Of a stretch of 64,000 bases of DNA, positions 49,226 to 59,097 are shown piece by piece (positions within the stretch are counted from its first letter, which is position 1; each line of letters begins with the position of its first letter). The translations under genes were made by a program, and so were the position numbers. The DNA comes from Selaginella moellendorffii (lineage: Eukaryota > Plantae > Lycopodiophyta), in NCBI RefSeq assembly GCF_000143415.4, contig NW_003314316.1, positions 812,669-876,668 of the forward strand, in the 5' to 3' direction. The notes under the pieces are model-generated. The model saw nothing but the letters and a program-made list of their open reading frames with translations. It did not search any database and was not told where the DNA came from.

Positions 49226-49686
49226 CCTGCTCGAGCATAGGCCACATTAAAGCACAGCCTGAAAGGGCTTCTTTGTCAGATGCGAGTTGCAGGACACCAG
49301 CAGCTCTTGCAGCGTCACCTTGATGTCGCATTGTGGGCATTATCTCGAATACTTAGTTAGCCTTCCGAAAACGTTACAAACGCAGAAAGATGATGATCAA
49401 GTTATAAGATGCACAGTCTCGAAACTGCATCTGGAAAAAGATTTGCTTGGACTGTCCAGGTACCCATTCTGGGCAGCCAGCCTCCTTGCAACACCTGACT
49501 TCTCATGCACTCGGCCTTGAGGAATGGATGCGTCAAGAAAATGATGGAAAGAATCGCAAATCTGGAAGCGGATGTGGGACTTGAGCGATGGACTGACTGT
49601 GTGCATCAGTTCAGAAATCTCAATGCGATTGTGGACGATGAAATGTAAGTTTTATGAAGACGTTGTTTGTCCTCGATAGGATACAT
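49226..49686 (-). repeat. Right arm of the inverted duplication (reverse complement of 44170-44555)
   Basis: Shared blocks, e.g. MRHQGDAA...KEALSGCALMWPMLEQES, encoded in both copies on opposite strands. Confidence 0.85.
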
Positions 49687-49854
49687 GACCGAGAAGGAAA
49701 TGGCGCTGAATGCTTCTAAAACAAAAGGTTCGTGCTGTGCGCTGGCTAAGTATTACTTTGTTTCGGTTTTTCCCTTTTTTTTCGTTTTTTTTTTGAATTG
49801 AAGAACAGGTATTTGTTGATTTTAACGCATGTCACAATTGACAACACATGATCT

Positions 49855-50170
49855 AGTGTGGAGCTTGAAATGGTTTTCGAGAACAGCGTCATCTCTTGGA
49901 CAATGCTGATGCTCGGCTGTGTGGTGGAGAATGGGGAGGAAGAGCTGGCATTGGAACCCTTGGAGCTGGACAATCAAGTGTAATTCGTTGCTGCTATCAA
50001 GGCCTGTGCTGCTCAAGCCGAGAAAGAAGCTGGAGTTGACAGTTGCCAAGCTCTCTACCAGTATAAAGCTAAAAAAGTTGAAGGAGATAGGGCTGGAGCT
50101 CAAGGCCACTATGACACAGACATGTTTGTAGGAAAGGATCTTCTGGAACTATATGCGAAGTGTGGAAGCA
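49855..50170 (+). pseudogene. PPR pseudogene fragment
   Basis: VISWTMLMLGC..ENGEEELALE and YDTDMFVGKDLLELYAKCGS, with frameshifts and stops. Confidence 0.75.
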
Positions 50171-51023
50171 AGCTCAAAATTAAAACGAATTAGAGAAAAG
50201 TTTAAGAAGAAACCTGGATATTTTAGGTATATCCTATCTTCTATAGGTTTTCTGCTTTGATGTAATCTTTATAAACAAATATTGCGAATGGCAGAAATCC
50301 CAGCATTTTTTAAAACAATAAAAACTAAGAAAAAATATAATCATTTTTAGATTAAAAGAGAAAACAATAATAATAATCTTGAACATAAGTTACACCTCAC
50401 TCACTTCACCATGGAAATAGATATAATAAACAGTTTCAAACAGTCCAAAATATTTACCATAGTTTCACAAAACTAGGAATTGCGTTATTTCAATCAATAA
50501 GCAAAATTAAAACATTATTTTTCAAGTTTAGACCATATTAAAATAATTTTAAGTTTGATTTATATAGATAGATAGAGAGACATTTTTAAAATCACCGTTA
50601 AGCATGGAACTATGCTAATGTTTCCTACTCAATCCTTCTAGAGCATCCAGATTAATGTTATTTCAATGAATAAGCAAAACTTTTAGACCAAAATAAAATA
50701 ATTTCAATAAAGGGGCGGGTTAATAATATGAATTAGTTCTAACAGTAAACTGGGCGTTTAGGGCACCATGCTATTCTGGGCATCTTAATTCTGCGTGGTT
50801 ATTCTAATCCAAGGCGATAAACGCCGCCGTTTAGTCTTCCTTCCCAAGGGCAAGGGCGCGACGAAGACGACGAACAAGAGCGCGAGGATTGCAGCAACAG
50901 GTTTAGCTTAAACACTCGCGCTTTCCTCTCTCACTCTAGATTCTAGATTCTAGACCTAGGAAGACGAGCTTTAAAGGACAAATCCTCAAATCCTCCTCGC
51001 TTTGCTTTGTTTACCTCCAGGTG

Positions 51024-51779
51024 ATGGACTCGACGCTCAATCCTCCTCTCCACGACCACGGCCAAGACGAGAGCAAGCATCGCGGCGGATCACCGGTGCT
51101 CTACAAGGAGTGCGTTAGAAACATCAACGCCGAGAATGGAGGAGAGGAAGTTCACGATGGATGCCAGAAGTTCACGGCCGCCGGAAAGGACGGAAGCCCG
51201 GAGGCGCTCAAGTGCGCGGCTTGCGGATGCCACCGGAACTTTCATCAGCAGGAGAGTGAGACCCCGACAGCGATCAAAGGTTCCGACTTGACGCAATTCG
51301 CCGACGATATCCTGGGGGTTGTCAAGAAGACGAAGCGCAAGAACACTCACCGGGCCATCAATCTGGCCACGCAAGTCCTCGAGCACGTCTCCAAGCTGCT
51401 CAACATTCTCGCCCAAGTGATCGACGATCCCGACGACACTGGCAAGGTAGCAGCTAGTGGTCAGAACAGCAAAGCAAAGGCGAAGGAAGAAAAACGAACC
51501 TCTTGCGAAGAGGCGCTGGCTGTTGTTGTGGCGTCGTCCAAGGACAAAGCTCAGAGTCCGGATGATAGCACTCCAAAGGAGAAGCGAAAGAGGACCATCT
51601 TCAGCGCCGAGCAGCTCACCAAGCTCGAAGCTCTGGCCGAGAGTGTGCACTGGTCTCTGGGAAACATACCCAAGGATCAACAGGCGAGTGCTGCCATGGA
51701 GATCGGGATAACGGTCGAATCGCTTAAGTACTGGTTCCACAACAGGAAACAGAAGAAGAAGCCAACCCGGAAGTCGTGA
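51024..51779 (+). CDS. Divergent zinc-finger homeodomain (ZF-HD) transcription factor
   Basis: YKECVRN...DGCQKF...LKCAACGCHRNFH and RKRTIFSAEQ...W......IGI....LKYWFHNRK. Intronless CDS; probable 5'UTR intron ending at 51020. Confidence 0.9.
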   Translation: MDSTLNPPLHDHGQDESKHRGGSPVLYKECVRNINAENGGEEVHDGCQKFTAAGKDGSPEALKCAACGCHRNFHQQESETPTAIKGSDLTQFADDILGVVKKTKRKNTHRAINLATQVLEHVSKLLNILAQVIDDPDDTGKVAASGQNSKAKAKEEKRTSCEEALAVVVASSKDKAQSPDDSTPKEKRKRTIFSAEQLTKLEALAESVHWSLGNIPKDQQASAAMEIGITVESLKYWFHNRKQKKKPTRKS

Positions 51780-51937
51780 GCTTCTCTCTCTGTGTATGTA
51801 TCCTAGATAGAATTCAAAGTCGCTCGAATCGAATTTTGTCTTTTGCTCTCTTTTACGTCAATACCGCTCCTCCAAAAACTCTGGTGTCAATCAAGCTGGT
51901 AGTGATTCGGAAGAAACAATAAATAGAAGCTTACCTT

Positions 51938-52907
51938 TCAAAAGATTTCATCATCGGGAATTTGAGGCTTCAAAAACTTCATAGGATCCGCTTCTGCATC
52001 CTTGATGTCACGCCTTCTCTCGATCTTTTTCTCGGGCATAGCAGGCACAGGAATGATGTTCTCTTGGTCGATAACACCATCGATCAACCCGTACTCCATA
52101 GCTTCCACTGCCGACATGTAACGATCTCTGTCTATGTCTTTCTCGACTTGCTCAAATGGTTTCCCAGTTATCTCTGCGAGGATCCGAGTAAAGTTGTTCT
52201 TGTGGAACATGATCTCCTTGGCCTGGATCTCAACGTCAATAGCTTGTCCGCTAGCTCCACCCATAGGCTGATGCACCATGATGCGTGTGTTGGGCATTGC
52301 AAAGCGTTTCCCCTTTGTCCCCCCAGCGAGAATGACCGAAGCAGTGGAAGCCGCTAGACCAAAGGCGATCGTCGACACTTCTGCTCGGCAAAGCTGGATC
52401 GCGTCATAAATTCCCATCGCAGCACTGCAACACCAATCAGTCAGGAACCAAAAGCAGGAAATTTTGTTTTGAAAAAAACTAGAATTACCTCACAGACCCC
52501 CCAGGACAATTGATGAACATCCTGATCTCCTTCTTGGAATCCATCGCGTCCAGCAGGAGAAGCTGGCTGATGATCGCGTCCGCCACGAAATCATCCAGCT
52601 GATGCCCTAGAAAGACCGTTCGCTGCCTGAGCAACAATCCCATGACATCCGCCTCAGCAGATTTCTGCCCGGGCGGCGCCGCCGTGCTGGCCACAGCTCT
52701 CGATGTGTCGCCATGGACGAAATCCAGTGGAGCCATCGAAATTCCCAATGCACTAGCGCTCAATCTAGCAGCAGCACGTACCGTGAGCGGCAGCCGAGAT
52801 CTCCTAGCGCTGATGCTCGTCGCGCGCAATGGCTGATCAAAGCTGTGGATTGGCGAGGAAGCGCATGCCGCCGCCGAGAGCGCCATGGACGCGGCTCTTG
52901 CCGCCAT
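51938..52907 (-). CDS. CLPP4: Chloroplast ATP-dependent Clp protease proteolytic subunit, ClpP4-like, 2 exons
   Basis: DVMGLLLR...DDFVADAIISQLLLLD, AASTAS (Ser), MVHQP (His), DIDRDRYMS, DPMKFL.P.IPDDEI. Confidence 0.93.
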
Positions 52908-53017
52908 AGCCTAAAACCCTAGGCCTGTATTCTCTTCTTCCCCCTACATTCCGAGCCAGAATGGCGAGCGGATATTCCCATTTTGTTTTCACGATCCTTA
53001 TTAGGGTTCCAACGGCC

Positions 53018-54804
53018 ATGGAGGAGATGCTCCAAATGGATGAGATGCTCCAAATGCTGCGGTACTACGAGAAGGCGCGATCGGAAGGAATAGCCGCCGA
53101 GAATCTGGAGTTAGAGGTGAGATTTCTTCCCGCGATCTGGTATAATCTTCGTTTCTTTCGTAGGCGCTGCTCTCCGCAATGCACCAGCATGAATCCAGAG
53201 CTACTAGTGATGATATTTCCGGGACAAGGAGGCGAGAGGAGGATGTGGAGCGGCAAGAAATTCTTCCCAAGCCTTTCTTCGTTGTGAAGACGCTCAACGA
53301 GAAGAAACAGAAGGTTTTCATCAACATTTGTGGATCTGACAAAGTAAGGGTTTTCTATCTTCTCTTGTGTAGAGAAAACAAAACTTTCTAAGCTAAATCT
53401 TCTCGGGGTTTTCTTGTTTTTTCTTCACGAATTGGCAGACCAATCGTGCAGATTCCTGGGCCGGAGGATTGGGAGGAAGGAATTCCTCCATCCGTGGAAG
53501 AGGCATTAGCTTCCAATGACGAATCAGTTCACAACATTCGTCTGCCGTTAAGCTGTTCCGACCCGCTCATATCTTCCGATCATTGTAAGTTCTCAGCTCT
53601 CGAGTTCTTGGCACTGAAGTCTTCTTTTTTTCTAGGTGGAAAACCGTGTCTTGTGCACGATGTTGTCTACAACATGTCCGTTGTGGAAGTAGCAATGCGT
53701 GACAAAAGGCTGAAGGTTTTCATGATCGATACAGCAATGTCATGGATCGGACAGAAGTACAGCACTGAGCTGAGCGCTGGTTTGGCCTTTGAGTTTCCTG
53801 CCTATGCATAATTCCTAACGACGTTTACGAATTCTAGAGTTTAAGCTGCCAAACATGAAGTACAAAGGAGATTCAGTTCAAAAGCAGTACATTCGTGCCG
53901 GTCCCAAGGGTCCTTTGATCAGTGAAATACCAGGTAAAGTTTCTTCCGTGATTGAGGCTGTCTTTCGTATAACCTTTTCGCTCGCTTCAGATGTTGAGGC
54001 CGAATTAGAACCGTCATTCCCTTTGCTGGCAAAAAAAGATCAGCTAAAAGCTGATACCTTGGGTTCCAAACAGCAAGGAAGCTTTCGACAAGCTGATGCA
54101 CCTTCCAGTAACGTGCAATCGGAGGTGAAAGCAGTGCATTTGGTGACAGAGACGATTCAGAACGAGCGATCGACACTGCCTCGAGTTTTGGAGAACAACG
54201 CTGAAACAGATGATCCGGCTACTTTGGCAACGATGAGCTTTGTCAGTGAAGAAGACATAGCAAGGACAGCCAGAAAAGTCGCGGAAGAAAACACTGGAGT
54301 TGACAGTAGCAGATTAATCACCTCGACGCCAAGTAAGGTGGAGGAGCAGCAAACGAAGCCTGAAGTTTACGAAGAAAGGCCAGTTCCTTCAGCCGATTTT
54401 CTCGAAAAGCCTCAGCTTCCAGCCATACAGACCGAGTACCTTGGGCGTCCAGTGGAGTATATATTCCTTCACATCTCGTTTCCTCAGGAGGTAAATTTTT
54501 GTTTTTCCTTTGCTGCTAGAGTTTCTCATGAATTTTTACGCAGGCAAACCTTGAGAACTTACAAGTTTGCTCGAGCAACACGGAAGTGTATGTCGAGATA
54601 CCAAACTACGAAGCAATGCGGGTAAAAATTCGTGATTTATATCCATTGCCTGACCAAAAGCTCGAAGTTTTTCTCCAGGTCCCCCTCATGTTTCCAGTAT
54701 CGTCAGAAAACGCTGAAGCAGAGCTATCTCCAGACAATGCCGTGGTAACGCTAAAGCTACCATATCTCGGCGTCAAGGGGCTATACTGTTGCGGCAATCG
54801 TTAG
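53018..54804 (+). CDS. PIH1-domain protein (PIH1D1/MOT48/Kintoun family co-chaperone)
   Basis: ILPKPFFVVKT....KVFINIC, IRLPLSC, G.PC.VHDVVYN, FKLPNMKYKG; C-terminal CS-like segment (LMFPVSSENAEAE...VTLKLP). Confidence 0.82.
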
Positions 54805-54986
54805 AGATGGACGGCCGAGATCTCTTCTAGCGCTAAGGTACGGACGGTCACGATTTCTTCTCTTTCATGGTTCTGTTGCCGCCACTTTTTAGGGCTCGTT
54901 CATTCCGCTGATAGCAGCGCTTGGACGCGACGATATTTCGATGCTATGAGCACGGCAGACGCAAGATTCTTGCGGAATTTGCAAAG

Positions 54987-56406
54987 ATGCCTGTCCAAGC
55001 GGCTCACGATTTGGAGATTTCCAAGGCAGCGGCTCGGCTCTTGACAATGCAGCACCAGGAGAAGCAGCACAAGGATCCAGGTTCTTCCTCCCCGATCTCT
55101 CCTTCCGTTTCTCTATTCTCGCCATCGCCATACATCATAAACTGCAAGAGGCGCGCTTGCGGTGGCTGGGACACGATCGCTGGAGCTGCTTGGGAAGGGA
55201 AATCCAGGGAGGAAGTCGTAGGCCATGACATCTTCGCTGACGCCGTCCAAGTTCAAGAAAGATTTGTCGTCAATCCGGGACAGCCAGGTACTTGTAGGAT
55301 CAGCTCTCTCAACGATCAGCTGGTAGAGCTCAAAGACGCGCTGGAAAAATTTATTTCGGAGTGCTCGTCGAGCAGGCCTCAGATTTCTCGGGAGGAAGAA
55401 AGGGGCAGTCCCGATGGTGGAGGTGCCACTGCTGGGGTGGATTTTCAAGCTCTGCGGGGGAGAAACGTCCGGGGAAAAATTCTGGCAGAGATTCTTTCGT
55501 CCAGGAAGCTGACCAGCATGAAGCTAGAGATCGATGAGCTTTCTACTACCACTCCCAAGGCCGAGGATGACTGTCGGAGCTCTTCCGGATCGCCGTGTGA
55601 CGAATTTTTCGATGCTCGCGATGCTTCTTCAGAAGGTACGCTGCTAGAATTCATTTTTTTTAGAGATTCTAAGCGACTATTTTTTCTTGTTGGTGGCGCT
55701 AGGCTACTCTTCAAACGAGGACGGATCGACACGAAGACACAGGAAACAAATCTCCAGCTCGCCGATCGACCCTGAGCTTGTCCGCCAACTTCACATGGAA
55801 GTCAAACGGCGAATGCAAGCGGAAGAGGCATTGCATATCATGGAGCAGTGTCAGGAAAACATTGTCAGCATACTCTTGTCGCCGGCTTGTCCGACACCTC
55901 CGAGATCCAGCTCTCCCCAGCCAGTGTCATCGGCAGCGACAATCAACAACGGGCTTGCGAGCTTGATTGAAGAGGACTGGCAGGACGAGAACTCCTTTCG
56001 AACAGTCATTGCGACAGTGATCTCGTCGGCTCTCCTTAGAGGCGTGATCCGGCCGGACGAAGCCGAGGCGCTGGAGAAGCTCCTGGAAACTAAAGACCGT
56101 GAGAGTTCTCGACTGCGGCGGAAGCTAAAGTTTTTCGAGCACGTCAACAACGAGTTGTCTCGCAAGAACCAGGAAGCCATAGGTAAGTTTTCCGTTTAAG
56201 ACTCTCTGAAGTGTTCTCAAAGGCCTATCTCAGAACGCGCGCGGAGAATCAGACGGAGCAGACAAAAGTGGCTAAGCGTCTCGGCGAAATGCCTTGCGGT
56301 TGGAGTTGCCATTGGAGTGTCCGGGACTTTGCTCTACTGGTACTTCCCTTGGGACAGGCTCAAGTCTGCAAAGAAAGAAGTCGAAGCTCCTCCGGCACAG
56401 ACATGA
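54987..56406 (+). CDS. Second coiled-coil tail-anchored protein (At3g50910-like family), 3 exons
   Basis: SPSPYIINCKRR, DEFFDARD, LETKDRESSRLRRKLKFFEHVNNELSRKNQEAI, basic stretch plus C-terminal TM; intron after NQEAI at the same position as in the 35757 gene. Confidence 0.82.
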
Positions 56407-56455
56407 CTACTAGGTTTGAGTTACATAGAACGCCAATGGGTTGAGGCTGGCGGGC

Positions 56456-58696
56456 ATGGGCTTCGTCACCCCGAGAAGGCCGCGCTTGTTAAGTAAGATG
56501 GGAGCTCGAGGTGTTGCTACTGTACGCGAGGCAGTGGCTCAGGAAGAGGAGGTAGTGGCAGCAGGGGACGTCAGGATACCGTTTGGACAGCACCAGGGAC
56601 AGCCTCTCAAGTCTCTTCCGGAAGGCTACTTGAAGGTCCTTGCGCGCATGGCGAGATCAAAGTGGGGGTTGCTAGCGGAGGAGGTGCTCAGCGAACGGGG
56701 AAGCGTGGATGGGTGCAGGCAGAAGGCGAACGCAATCTTAGAGCAGGAAGCCTTTGCTCGCCTTCTCAGAAATGCCAGCAGTTTAGAGGCGGTGGAGCTG
56801 GTCCGTGCCAGGATCGACGAAAGCGGCGTTCGTCACAACGCCGAGCTGCTCAACGTTTTGATTCAAGTCTACGGCAAGTATGGATGCCTGGTAGAGGCAA
56901 AGCAGGTTCTAGACGGCATGCGCTATCAGAATGGAGAGTCGTGGAACACCATGATCCTCATGTACGCTCAGAATGGACGACTGGAGGAGGCCAAGAGGAC
57001 TTTCGATGCAATGCCAGTTCGAGACGCCGTCTGCTGGATCACGATGCTGAGGGCTTATGCCGCGTTCGAACTTCCAGGACTCGCCAGGGTAGTGTTTGAA
57101 GCCATGCCAATGCACGACTTAGAATCAGCGACAGAGATGATGGAGGTCCTTCTGTCGAAGGAGGAAAGACATCGAGTGAAGCTGGTCTTTGACGAGATGG
57201 TGGAAAAAGATGTCTGCGCTTACAACAGTATGCTTCGTGCATATACCCAGGAAGGGCATTCGAATCGGGTGAGAGCCACAGCGGAGAAGATGCCAGAGTG
57301 GGACGTGGTGACGGTGAACACCATGCTTCAAGCGTTTGCCAGTGAGGGGTCTCTGGAGAACGCCGAACGTTTGTTTGACGAGTTTCCTGAGCGCAACGAA
57401 GAGACCATCAGTATTATGCTGAGAGCATACGCCGCGTCCGGATGCTCTGAAGCAGCCCAGGCAATGTTTGATCGGCTTGTACGTCGGAACGAGGAGCTCT
57501 GGACATTTCTAGTCACCGCGTACTCCAGAGCCGGGCAAGCAGCGGAAGCAAAGTTGGTGTTTGACAAAGTTCCTGGCAAGAGCGACCTTTCGTGGGCAGT
57601 CCTAACTGAAGAGTACGCCCAGAACTTGCAGCTGGAAGATGCAGAGGCCGTGTTTGACAAGGTTCCGAAGTGGAGCGTCCGATCGTGGATTGCTATGATA
57701 TGGGCCTACGCTCAGAGCGGTCACGAGCAAATGGCCCGGATCATTTTTAACAGGTGCTCGACTTATGACGCGGGGGTCTGGAACGCATTCATTGCAGGAA
57801 TGACTGTGCTGGGCCGTGCCAGAGATGCGATTCAACTTCTCAGAGGTATGAATCTGGAAGGTTTCCCTCCGGATAAGTTTACGTTCCTCAACCTTCTCAA
57901 TGCTTGCAGTGCTGAGTGCCTGGCCAGGCAAGGTGGTAGTCTTTTCAAGGAGATGGTTGCTGATCATGGCATGACTCCGTGGAAAGATCACTACAGTGCA
58001 ATGGTCGAGTTGCTGGGCCGGGCCAAGTATTTAAAGATAGGACAAGTTCTCGCCAACAGCATGCCATTCGAGCCGGATTATGCAACGTGGAAAGCTCTCT
58101 TTCATGCTTGTCGGCACCACCGAGACTTAAAGCTTGGACTGCGAGTTGCAAAGGAGCTTATTCTCTTGGATAGACACAACGCCCTGCCGTATACTCTGCT
58201 AGCAGAATCATATGCAGCAGCTGGCAAGCAGGATAAAGTGGCTGTCATCCAACGCGTGATGGAGAAAACTGGAATTAAGAAAAACTATGCTGCAAGCTGG
58301 ATACTTGTCAAGGGCAAGTTCCAAAACCTCATGATCGGAGATGCTGGACATCCGGAGAACAGCGAGATTCGTGCTCAGCTCAGGGAGCTGGTTGACAAGA
58401 TTGGGAAGGAGGGATACAAGCCCGACACAACGCTGGTACTGGATAAGAACATGTCCGAAAAGGAGAGGGAGGACAGTTTACTTGATCACAGTGAGAAGCT
58501 TTCGCTTGCTTTCGGCATGGTCAGCACCAAGCCTCGGTGCCCGCTTCGAATCATCAACAGCTCGAGAGTATGCTCCGACTGCCACAATGCTCTCAGGTTG
58601 GCGTCGCTAGTAACTGGCCGGCTCATCGTTTTAAGGGACGACTCTCGGATTCATCACTTTGAGCGAGGCAAATGCTCATGCAGGGACTTTTGGTAA
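56456..58696 (+). CDS. PLS-class PPR-DYW protein (RNA-editing factor type), intronless, ends in DFW
   Basis: PPR array; E motifs (HYSAMVELLGRA..MPFEPD); DYW domain with HSEKL, RVCSDCH, RD..R.HHF..GKCSCRDFW. The start could be 56498. Confidence 0.93.
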   Translation: MGFVTPRRPRLLSKMGARGVATVREAVAQEEEVVAAGDVRIPFGQHQGQPLKSLPEGYLKVLARMARSKWGLLAEEVLSERGSVDGCRQKANAILEQEAFARLLRNASSLEAVELVRARIDESGVRHNAELLNVLIQVYGKYGCLVEAKQVLDGMRYQNGESWNTMILMYAQNGRLEEAKRTFDAMPVRDAVCWITMLRAYAAFELPGLARVVFEAMPMHDLESATEMMEVLLSKEERHRVKLVFDEMVEKDVCAYNSMLRAYTQEGHSNRVRATAEKMPEWDVVTVNTMLQAFASEGSLENAERLFDEFPERNEETISIMLRAYAASGCSEAAQAMFDRLVRRNEELWTFLVTAYSRAGQAAEAKLVFDKVPGKSDLSWAVLTEEYAQNLQLEDAEAVFDKVPKWSVRSWIAMIWAYAQSGHEQMARIIFNRCSTYDAGVWNAFIAGMTVLGRARDAIQLLRGMNLEGFPPDKFTFLNLLNACSAECLARQGGSLFKEMVADHGMTPWKDHYSAMVELLGRAKYLKIGQVLANSMPFEPDYATWKALFHACRHHRDLKLGLRVAKELILLDRHNALPYTLLAESYAAAGKQDKVAVIQRVMEKTGIKKNYAASWILVKGKFQNLMIGDAGHPENSEIRAQLRELVDKIGKEGYKPDTTLVLDKNMSEKEREDSLLDHSEKLSLAFGMVSTKPRCPLRIINSSRVCSDCHNALRLASLVTGRLIVLRDDSRIHHFERGKCSCRDFW

Positions 58697-59097
58697 GAGC
58701 CGATGTTTCTTTTCGTGGTATTAAAAGGGTTTCCTGCAGCACGATGCGGTGAGATGGAAAGTGACACGAATTTTACACCTGAAGGTGCCTTTCACCAGAG
58801 GAACAGATCGATATTTACATTTGCAACGTGAGAAAACTGTTCCTCGGGCGCGGCGTGGCTGGCGCAGAAGGGAAAAGTCATCGTTCTCATTGGAAAAGGG
58901 ATTGGGGTCAGAGGAAGCGGACGAGCTGCGAATCTTGCTAAAGTTTCACGGCATTGGGAGGCAAGATTTTTCTTCCATTTTGATGGAACCTTCTGCCAAT
59001 ACATGATTTGAGGAGGAAGGGAGGAAAAGGTCGGCATACGTTCGTACGTATGGTAGTGTAATCGAGCACTCAACTTGGTTTCGACGGTTACTTCTAG

